A stretch of 64,000 bases of DNA. Origin: an uncultured cyanobacterium. GTDB lineage: Bacteria; Cyanobacteriota; Cyanobacteriia; Phormidesmidales; Phormidesmidaceae. Below, one piece after another: positions 56,497-64,000 of this stretch. The stretch is taken from positions 1,024,001-1,088,000 of the forward strand of contig CAWBZI010000001.1 in assembly GCA_963793265.1 (NCBI GenBank), read 5' to 3'. The notes beneath the pieces are model-generated. The model was not told where the DNA came from, made no database searches, and worked only from the letters and a program-made list of their open reading frames with translations. Position 1 is the stretch's first letter; each line of letters starts with the position of its first letter. The position numbers and the translations under genes are program-made.

Positions 56497-56709
56497 TCAG
56501 TTTAAACGGTGTTCCCAGTCGGCTGCAAACTCCAGGCAGGCCATAATATCGGCTGTTGTCAACTCTGGGAAATCGTCAATAATTTCAGCAGTAGTCATAC
56601 CAGCCGCTAGCCAACCAAGGACATCGTAGACCGTAATTCGCATCCGCCGGATGCAGGGCTTGCCGCCGCGCTTATCAGGCTCGATCGTAATGATATCGCG
56701 ATAGCTCAT
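56497..56709 (-). CDS. DUF433 antitoxin (orphan)
   Basis: ITIEPDKRGGKPCIRRMRITVYDVL.WLAAGM...EIIDDFPELT..DI.ACL.FAA. Confidence 0.9.
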   Translation of the reverse strand: MSYRDIITIEPDKRGGKPCIRRMRITVYDVLGWLAAGMTTAEIIDDFPELTTADIMACLEFAADWEHRLN

Positions 56710-56863
56710 AACATAGACTAGACGGCTTTTTGTTCGTACCTGAGTCTAGAGCAGACTAATGCCTCGCTGCAACAGACATCAGATACTTTAAACGAGACAT
56801 AAAAAGAGACACGTTTTAGCAGAGTACCAAAAGGCACACATCTTGAGAGATTTAGATAAGCGC

Positions 56864-59800
56864 CTAAGGTGTTTCAGTTGCCAGCGCAACAGCAAACGGT
56901 TCTTCAAGCGCTTGATTTTTAGTCGCTAGCAGAGATTCCAAATGAGCGCGTAGCCGTTTGCCCTGCGCCTGATCGGCAATGTAAATTTGGCCCCCTTGCT
57001 TTCTAAACAGAGGCAGCTCGGCAAGGGTTTGGTAAGTGCTGATATTCGGAGACTGGGCGCTGATGGTCGGGCGATCGCCTTCCGTTGGCACCAGTCCCGG
57101 CGGCAAATGACCCTCAATCAAAGCCAAAATATGCGACTGACAAGCCTGCGTATTAATCCCGCGCTGCTCTAGCAGGTGCAAAATGCCCCCAGCAGGCAAC
57201 GGCTGATCGGGCAGTACGCGCAGCAGCTCTAGCAATAGGAAGTAGTCGTTGTATTGATGGCGGTGCGTGTCGAGCACGTTGGGATAGTGGCAGAGGTTCG
57301 CCAGGCCATAGGCAACCCGGCTACAGCTATTGGAATATTCGCCGCTGTAGGTATCTTGAATGATGGTCGCATTCGGAAACTTTTGGCGCAGCCAGCGGGC
57401 GATCGCACCCAAAGAAGCCGAGCCCCCCGTACACACCACCTGCTTTATCGACTGCGCAGGCATTCCCTTCTGGCTCAGCAGGCCGTTCACCTGCCGGTTC
57501 ACCCGCTGAATGTAAGGCAAAAATACCTTCGCCTCCAAGTCTTTGCGCTTCACCACCCAGCTTTGATCGGCTAGCGTAATCTCACACTGCGTTTCCTCCT
57601 GCAAAACCAGCTTGAGCTTACGGGCTTGAGAAATCGCCTCACGCCCCAAAGGCGAATCATTCAATCGCTGACGCAACCGATGACGCTTAGCCCGATCGGC
57701 CTCACCCGCCTGCGGCAAATTCAGCTTATTTAAGCCCAAACTCTGCCAGCCGTCTATCGCACTAGCCACCGCGCTCTCATCTGCCGAATCGGCTTCAGCC
57801 TGTGAGTCTAACCGCGCTTGGGCCGCTGGATGTAAAAGCTGACAAACAATATCTTGGTCAAGACTATCACCTGCATAGGTGAAGCTGCGCAGCGCAAAAT
57901 CACGATAGATTAGCTGGTCGAGTTCTTCAGGCAAATCGACAATCGCCGCTTCGCTCAGCGTTGCGCCTGCACTAATGACGACCGTGCCCCTCTGCCAGTT
58001 GCAGTTATACAGGCCGGGCTGCTGAGAATCGAGATCTTCGTTAGCCGATTTAGGATCAGGTAGCGCGGAGAGCAAGGCTGCGATCGCCTCCTCCACAAAA
58101 AACACCTGATCGGGCCGCGACACAATACCCGCTGCCAGCACCGCCTCTCGCACATTGAAGCTATAGGTATCAGGCCAATTATTTGGATAGCCCACCGTCA
58201 CCCCCTGCAAATGAGCTAAGACCCAGCGCAAAGAGCCCTCGCTTAAGCCCGCAGCTTGAGCGCTCGTGTGCCTGGGGCTCAAAGTTCTCATCAAATCTGT
58301 CAGCGCCTTTTGCAAACTCGGCAAAGGTAAAGACTGCCGATCAGACCACTGGATCAAAGGCGCACCTAGTTCGTTGTCAGGAATGCCCACTTTTAGCAAG
58401 GGCTTAATATTGCGCAGCAGGCGATCGCTCTGATGCAAAGCAACCGGGCCAACTTCGCCCACCTGCCCCGGAGCCTGACTATCGACTGAGAGCACCGCAG
58501 GTAGCCGAAAACGATTCGCCTGCTCATCACCCGGCACATTCCAACACAGCGGATAAACCTGATCGCCAAGCTGATTGATTAAAACTGCCGACAGCCCAGT
58601 CGTACCAATATCAACGCCTAAAAACCAGCTAGCAGGCTGACCGTTCGTAGGATCGTTGTCGCTGTTATTAATGTCGTCGCTATAGCCGTCATCAAGATCC
58701 TCAGAAACGCCAGTCGGAGCCTCAAAAAGCGGCAGTGTTCCAGAGAATTCCTCCGCAGCGAGTTCATCATCAAACGACTCCGTAGATAGCGACGCCAGCG
58801 TTTCGTCAGTCGAACTATCAGCGGTGTCTAAAGTGCCATCTGCCGTGCGATAAAAATCCAAATCATCATCGAAATCCGATGGTGGCAAGTCTGTTGGCGG
58901 CAGGTCTGCTGGAATAGCAGGCAGTGGAACGGAGGACAAATCGGCCAGCGGCGGATCGATAAGGTTACCTGCGGGCAGCTCATCTGCAGGCAGCTCGGCG
59001 GGAAGAGGGACAGGGAGATCAATTTCACCAAGTAAATCTGGATCTTCAGCAGATGAGTCTGCATCTAAATCTTCTAGTTCTTCAGCAATTAAGTCTGTAG
59101 CTGACGTTTCTAGTGAGGATTCAGCAAAGGGATCTGAAGTCAAAAACTGGGGCGACTCCGCAACAGACTGAGCCTCAAGTTGAGAACCCGACGGTGAACT
59201 ATCGGCACCAGCCGCTTCACTGGCAAGCCCTCTATTATCAGCGACGGTTTCTTCTTCAGGCCAGTCAGGAATAGAAGCTGAGTCTAGCGGATCGGCCTCA
59301 GCGGCAAGCACCGCAGGTGGTGATATAACAGCATCAGAAACAACAGGTTCTTCAAGATCACTCGTCAGGTTTGCAGATAGCGCTGCCAATCCCCTCGTCA
59401 CCGCTGAGGCCGCCAAGCGAACAGATTCTTGATTATCATCGGCTAGCTCCGCAGCCAGCTCATCAGAAATCGTATCGTCTACTTCAACAGAAGAGCCGTC
59501 TACAGGAACCAAAGAAGGGCTCGAACGCTCATCTATTTCATCCTCCGCATCAGGAATATCAGGCACCAGTGCCGATTCGGGCAGATCAAAGCGCTCGGCA
59601 GCAGGGTCAAGATCAGAGTCAACAGTATCCTCATCCAAAATTGCCTCAAGCTCTTTGAACAAAGGTTCAGAATCTACCTCAGCCTCATACGGCTCGTCGA
59701 TCGTTTCATCTGTAGCCGCTAAGCCTGAAGCCGACGCGCCCATTGCCGCCGTTCCCAAAGCCGCTGCCCCTAGCGTTGCCGCACTGATACCGCCTCTGAT

Positions 59801-61498
59801 ATCACTATCGCTGTCTATATTACGCGCTGGAGTATCCGCCTCAAACTCATCACTCTCATCATCTAGCTCAGTAAAGTTAGGATCGTCCTCCAGCATCTCT
59901 GGGGCTTCAACGCGATCGCCCAAGTCCGGCAAGATGGCCGCTAGCTCAGCCTCATCATCAGCTTGCCAATCATCTTCAGCAAGCGCATCATCTACCGTCA
60001 AATCCTCTAGCGTCAGATCGGCTAAATAAGCCGCATCCGCAGTGGGTGTCACTTTAGCCGCAATCTCTGCGTCCTCTTCTTCAGTGGCGGCGACCTCAGC
60101 ATCTGCTGCTGCTGCATCCACCATCAGCTCATCTGCGGTCACTTCACTATCGTCATCGCGATCAATATCGAGCTTCAGCAAATCAAGATCGATCGTGCCG
60201 TCTTCTTGAATACAGTCTTCAGGCTGAAGGTCAGCCGAATCCTCATCAGCAATGGGTTCATCAATCATCGAATCGATGGATTCATCGCTTGATTCAGCAG
60301 CAGGCGCGTTCTCAAATGATTCAGGTAAAATCTCGTCTAAAGACGCCACGGTATCCGGCGAAGTTACGTCCGAATCGCTAGTATCTAGAGCAAAATCATC
60401 ATCGGTAAAATCAGCGCCAGCCGAATCATCAACGAGATCAGCATCAGCTAGATCGCTCTCATCGGCAAAAACCAGCGGCAAATCGACGGCATCTGCCGAA
60501 CGGGGAGGAAAGAATGCAGGCTCAGGCGGAGCCGTTTGGCCGAGCTGCTGCGTAAGATGATCGACGAGCGATCGCACAATCACCTCGCCCTGCAGGCCCA
60601 GGCTGTGCATATTCTCAATCCCGTCATTCAACGAGATTTGATAGCTGTCAATATTCTTTTGCAGCGTCTCAAACATGCCTTGCAGCGTAGACTCGATATT
60701 CATCAAAAGCTGATCAGAGCGAGACTGAATTTCACGCATCTCCTCAAGCTGAGGGCCACTAGAACTCTGGGGCTGAATATCTGACTGAATACTGGGTCTA
60801 AGCTGAAGCACCTCAGAGGCTATCGAAGGCGACAGCTTAGCAATCGCCGCCGCATGATCGCTCTCTAGCTGATCGAGCGTTTGGGTTACCTGCACGGCCA
60901 GTCTCTCTTGCAGCCGCTCCATCAGCGCCGCCAAAAACTGATTAAGCTGAACCTCATCTACTACCAGCCGCCCAGCCGCAACCGAGCCCGCGACGCCTAC
61001 CTCACCATCAGCGCCTTCACGCACACTCAGCTCGCTGCGCTGATCGGCTAATGCCTTTACGTCTTGTTGGAGGCGATCGCGCTCAGCCCGCAGGCTATCC
61101 ATCTCCAGCCGCAGAGGCTCCAAAGCACTAGACTTCAGATACTTCATCTCAATCAGCAACGCCTGTAGCACATCCTCCGGTGAACTGCCAGCCGAGCTAC
61201 TAGCCGAGCTATCAGCCGAACCATCCGTCGTTCCTGGAGATACCTTTTGAGCAGAGGGCGGAACCGGCAGCCCCGAAAAAACGCCTATCTGGCCCGTACT
61301 CGGATCAAGCGGCCCCCAGCCACCCGGCGCATCCAAAGTCTGCTGTAGCGACTTCAGGTAGTCTTGGGCCTTAGCTAGCGCCTGCCGCTGTGGCTCAATC
61401 TCGCTCGCCCTAATCCAAGGCTTTCGAGGCTTTTGCGCCCCCAAAACCTGGTCGATATCAGCGATAAGTGATTGAATCTGATCCTTCTGAGAAGTCAC
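56864..61498 (-). CDS. Large protein: coiled-coil N-terminus, acidic linker, C-terminal Hsp70/actin-like ATPase fold
   Basis: WFLGVDIGTTG (phosphate-1), EEAIAA, AGDSLDQ, VVCTGGSA; 1544-aa uninterrupted ORF. Confidence 0.75.
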   Translation of the reverse strand: MTSQKDQIQSLIADIDQVLGAQKPRKPWIRASEIEPQRQALAKAQDYLKSLQQTLDAPGGWGPLDPSTGQIGVFSGLPVPPSAQKVSPGTTDGSADSSASSSAGSSPEDVLQALLIEMKYLKSSALEPLRLEMDSLRAERDRLQQDVKALADQRSELSVREGADGEVGVAGSVAAGRLVVDEVQLNQFLAALMERLQERLAVQVTQTLDQLESDHAAAIAKLSPSIASEVLQLRPSIQSDIQPQSSSGPQLEEMREIQSRSDQLLMNIESTLQGMFETLQKNIDSYQISLNDGIENMHSLGLQGEVIVRSLVDHLTQQLGQTAPPEPAFFPPRSADAVDLPLVFADESDLADADLVDDSAGADFTDDDFALDTSDSDVTSPDTVASLDEILPESFENAPAAESSDESIDSMIDEPIADEDSADLQPEDCIQEDGTIDLDLLKLDIDRDDDSEVTADELMVDAAAADAEVAATEEEDAEIAAKVTPTADAAYLADLTLEDLTVDDALAEDDWQADDEAELAAILPDLGDRVEAPEMLEDDPNFTELDDESDEFEADTPARNIDSDSDIRGGISAATLGAAALGTAAMGASASGLAATDETIDEPYEAEVDSEPLFKELEAILDEDTVDSDLDPAAERFDLPESALVPDIPDAEDEIDERSSPSLVPVDGSSVEVDDTISDELAAELADDNQESVRLAASAVTRGLAALSANLTSDLEEPVVSDAVISPPAVLAAEADPLDSASIPDWPEEETVADNRGLASEAAGADSSPSGSQLEAQSVAESPQFLTSDPFAESSLETSATDLIAEELEDLDADSSAEDPDLLGEIDLPVPLPAELPADELPAGNLIDPPLADLSSVPLPAIPADLPPTDLPPSDFDDDLDFYRTADGTLDTADSSTDETLASLSTESFDDELAAEEFSGTLPLFEAPTGVSEDLDDGYSDDINNSDNDPTNGQPASWFLGVDIGTTGLSAVLINQLGDQVYPLCWNVPGDEQANRFRLPAVLSVDSQAPGQVGEVGPVALHQSDRLLRNIKPLLKVGIPDNELGAPLIQWSDRQSLPLPSLQKALTDLMRTLSPRHTSAQAAGLSEGSLRWVLAHLQGVTVGYPNNWPDTYSFNVREAVLAAGIVSRPDQVFFVEEAIAALLSALPDPKSANEDLDSQQPGLYNCNWQRGTVVISAGATLSEAAIVDLPEELDQLIYRDFALRSFTYAGDSLDQDIVCQLLHPAAQARLDSQAEADSADESAVASAIDGWQSLGLNKLNLPQAGEADRAKRHRLRQRLNDSPLGREAISQARKLKLVLQEETQCEITLADQSWVVKRKDLEAKVFLPYIQRVNRQVNGLLSQKGMPAQSIKQVVCTGGSASLGAIARWLRQKFPNATIIQDTYSGEYSNSCSRVAYGLANLCHYPNVLDTHRHQYNDYFLLLELLRVLPDQPLPAGGILHLLEQRGINTQACQSHILALIEGHLPPGLVPTEGDRPTISAQSPNISTYQTLAELPLFRKQGGQIYIADQAQGKRLRAHLESLLATKNQALEEPFAVALATETP

Positions 61499-61864
61499 GA
61501 TTGATGCCTGTGATAGTCAGCGAATAGTCGGTAAATATGAGTATGAATTGCCGTACAGGGCAAGTGCGCCGATTGCAAGTGCACAAAGTTTAAGCTAGCG
61601 CTGCAAAAAAGCACAGCCCAAGGCTATTGATTTTAGAGTGAATTTTGGCGTTCATTCCTAATGAATCTTTAATAAAGCTCGAAAACGCGTACGTTTGCAG
61701 CGATTCTTTGCCTGATTCGCTGCAAACGCTGCTGGGATAGTTAAACCCATATAAGATATTAAAAGAGCCAGATGAATAGAGTTGAGTAGTCCGGGCGGCA
61801 GCTTCGGTGCTAAAGTTAGCGTGCTTCGCAACACTAGCAATAGCAATAGCCAGCACCAGCAACA

Positions 61865-62554
61865 ATGGATGTGCGCCCTCTCGATACAAGCGACCTGATT
61901 CGTATGACCCCCTTTTTCGCGGAGCTGACCCCGGAGGCTGCCGAGCAAGCCGCCGCTCAAGTAGTTACACGCCGTCACCCGGCTAATCAGGTCATTTTGC
62001 TAGAAAATGACTGGGGTAACTCTGTCTATTTTATCTTGGAAGGCTGGGTCAAAATACGCACTTACAACCTAGATGGCAAAGAAGTTACGCTCAACATTTT
62101 AGGCAAGGGCGAAGTCTTTGGGGAAATGGCTCCCTTAGAAGAAATTCCGCGTTCTACAGATGTGATTACGCTGGTGCCTACGGTAATTGGCAACATGCCT
62201 GCTCAGCATTTCGTTAAGCTATTAAATACCGAACCTCTCGCTGGGCTCTACTTGGCCCGGCTGATGGCTAAACGGCTACGGCAGGTCAACCGGCGGCTGC
62301 GGCTGCGTGAGTCTGATAGTCAGTCACGGGTGGCTGATATTCTGCTGTTTCTAGCAGATGGCCAGGGCAAAGTCGCCGGACAGGGAATGGAAATTCCCAA
62401 CCTGCCTCACCGCGAACTGAGCGGATTAAGCGGACTGGCGCGCGAAACAGTGACGCGCGTTTTGAGTAAGTTAGAGAAGAAGGGTTTGATTGAACGCGAT
62501 CGCGACATCCTCAGAATTATCGATCTCGAAGCCCTAGAAAATCTTCTAGTCTAA
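61865..62554 (+). CDS. Crp/Fnr family regulator (cAMP receptor protein-like)
   Basis: FGEMA, PRSTDV cNMP pocket, GLARETVTRVL HTH. Confidence 0.92.
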   Translation: MDVRPLDTSDLIRMTPFFAELTPEAAEQAAAQVVTRRHPANQVILLENDWGNSVYFILEGWVKIRTYNLDGKEVTLNILGKGEVFGEMAPLEEIPRSTDVITLVPTVIGNMPAQHFVKLLNTEPLAGLYLARLMAKRLRQVNRRLRLRESDSQSRVADILLFLADGQGKVAGQGMEIPNLPHRELSGLSGLARETVTRVLSKLEKKGLIERDRDILRIIDLEALENLLV

Positions 62555-62564
62555 GCGCCTGCCC

Positions 62565-63488
62565 ATGAGCAATCCCGACGAAAACGCTGACAGTTTTTCT
62601 AAGCTGCCGCCAGCAGGTCTACCGCCAAAAGATTTGCCGATAGAGGCACGAACTCAACCAGAGCAGGCTCAACCGGACGCGCCATGGATTCCAGACGACG
62701 AAATACCTGGAACTGCCGTCAATCCTTTACCAGATAAGCTACCTAACAAGTCACCTCAGCAGCACGCTGCTCAGCTCTTCCCCGTTCCGCCTGCGGCTGA
62801 AACACCTGAAGCACCTATACCACTAGATGAAACTGACGCCCATCAGCAGGCAGTAGGGCCACTACCCCTCGTAGAAACCGCCTTCTTAGCCAGCGCAGCG
62901 AGCCTGATGTGGCTGATTAACACCTACTTTCCACCCGGCCCCTTACTTCGTATCTTATTCCCCCTTCCAATCGCGTTGGTCTATCTACGGTGGAACCTGC
63001 GCTCTGCCTGGATGGCCGCAACGGTTTCGGGCCTGCTGCTCACCATATTACTTGGCCCCACCCGCAGCATTTTCTTTGTCATGCCCTATGGTTTTTTAGG
63101 CGTGCAGCTAGGGTGCCTGTGGCGGCGAAAAGCACGATGGGAGATTTCGATTGCCACGGGCGGCATGCTCGTTGCACTAGGCACGTTCTTTCGCCTGTGG
63201 CTGCTGTCACTGCTGGCCGGAGAAGATCTTTGGGGCTACCTAATTGCCCAAATCACACAGTTTATTGACTGGGCGACTCGCCTGCTCACAAACTGGGGCT
63301 GGATTGGGCTAGGCGCATTAGGTCAGCCAAGTATGGAATTTATTGCGATCACCGCCGTTATCATCGTTCTCTTCACCAGCATGGTTTACCTGTTCACGGT
63401 GCACCTAGCCGCCTGGCTATTACTCGAACGTCTCGGCGTCGCCATGCCCGAACCACCCGGCTGGGTGCAGATGCTCATCGAAGACTAG
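62565..63488 (+). CDS. DUF2232 membrane protein
   Basis: LVETAFLAS, FPLPIALVYLRW, GPTRS...MPYG. Confidence 0.85.
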   Translation: MSNPDENADSFSKLPPAGLPPKDLPIEARTQPEQAQPDAPWIPDDEIPGTAVNPLPDKLPNKSPQQHAAQLFPVPPAAETPEAPIPLDETDAHQQAVGPLPLVETAFLASAASLMWLINTYFPPGPLLRILFPLPIALVYLRWNLRSAWMAATVSGLLLTILLGPTRSIFFVMPYGFLGVQLGCLWRRKARWEISIATGGMLVALGTFFRLWLLSLLAGEDLWGYLIAQITQFIDWATRLLTNWGWIGLGALGQPSMEFIAITAVIIVLFTSMVYLFTVHLAAWLLLERLGVAMPEPPGWVQMLIED

Positions 63489-63498
63489 CTGAATGGGT

Positions 63499-64000
63499 AT
63501 GATTCGCATTTGCGCAGGCGATCCCGCCGCATGGCTGGCGCAGTATCAAGGGCAAAAGCCGCTGTATGCCTGCATTCTCAGCTTCACTAAAACGGGCATA
63601 CTCCCCGGCATTTCAGCCGCTGGCATCACCCCGCAAGAGCGTCAATACACAGCCTTAGCTGACGGCCAATTTCTAGCAGGTACAAACAGTCAATATTCAT
63701 TACCTACGCTGAAAGCAGGCATTTCTCCTGCCGTCATTTCGCGAGCAGTCATCACTCAGCAAGAAATTCCCTTGTATCTGCTGAGTACGGGCCTACCCGA
63801 CCGGCTAAGCGCCGCATATATCGAGCTTCCACAGGTCATCGCTGAGCCTGTGCATACAGGGCGAGCTATGGGCTACGAGCAGGTGTTAGGTCTTTTTGAA
63901 GCGGGTTTGGACTGGGGTCGCAAGCTCGCTGGGCAGTGCGCCAACAGCTATCTTATTCTGGGTGAGTGCGTAGTAGGTGGGACGACGACAGCTCAGGCTG
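63499..64000 (+). CDS. cobT: Partial CobT-type nicotinate mononucleotide phosphoribosyltransferase, runs off the right edge
   Basis: Manual translation MIRIC...LSFTKTGILPGISAAGITPQER.YTALAD...GISPAVISRA...GECVVGGTTTA. Confidence 0.85.
   Translation, partial: MIRICAGDPAAWLAQYQGQKPLYACILSFTKTGILPGISAAGITPQERQYTALADGQFLAGTNSQYSLPTLKAGISPAVISRAVITQQEIPLYLLSTGLPDRLSAAYIELPQVIAEPVHTGRAMGYEQVLGLFEAGLDWGRKLAGQCANSYLILGECVVGGTTTAQA

Noticed and set aside
61590..61978. Minus-strand ORFs in the CRP upstream region
   Set aside because: They overlap crp and its divergent promoter region and show no protein features

Overview
Chromosomal window from a cyanobacterium: psaAB, chlG and petP are present and the HIP1 octamer GCGATCGC is very frequent. 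The style suggests a Leptolyngbyaceae or Synechococcus PCC 7335-like organism (inference). Most of it is housekeeping: pstSCAB with a Pho box, psaAB, gpsA-glpD, a group 2 sigma factor, hisF, petP-get3-chlG, PBP1A, mrdA, a folate carrier, a carotenoid oxygenase, a CRP-family gene and a partial cobT. There are two accessory patches. The first (about 9.4-16.4 kb, between pstB and psaB) holds toxin-antitoxin modules, Uma2 genes, a GNAT, a small ORF with a structured leader, and an AT-rich, HIP1-free gene encoding a TIR domain fused to two tandem EVE/PUA-like repeats, which is the best candidate for an undescribed defence protein. The second (about 54.6-56.7 kb) holds higBA, orphan antitoxins and an internally deleted B12-radical SAM pseudogene. 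psaA and its divergent neighbour each carry a +1 frameshift, possibly assembly error. Local G/C strand bias appears to flip at many HIP1 sites. No rRNA, tRNA, CRISPR array or transposase was recognised. All family calls come from motif recognition by eye, not database searches.
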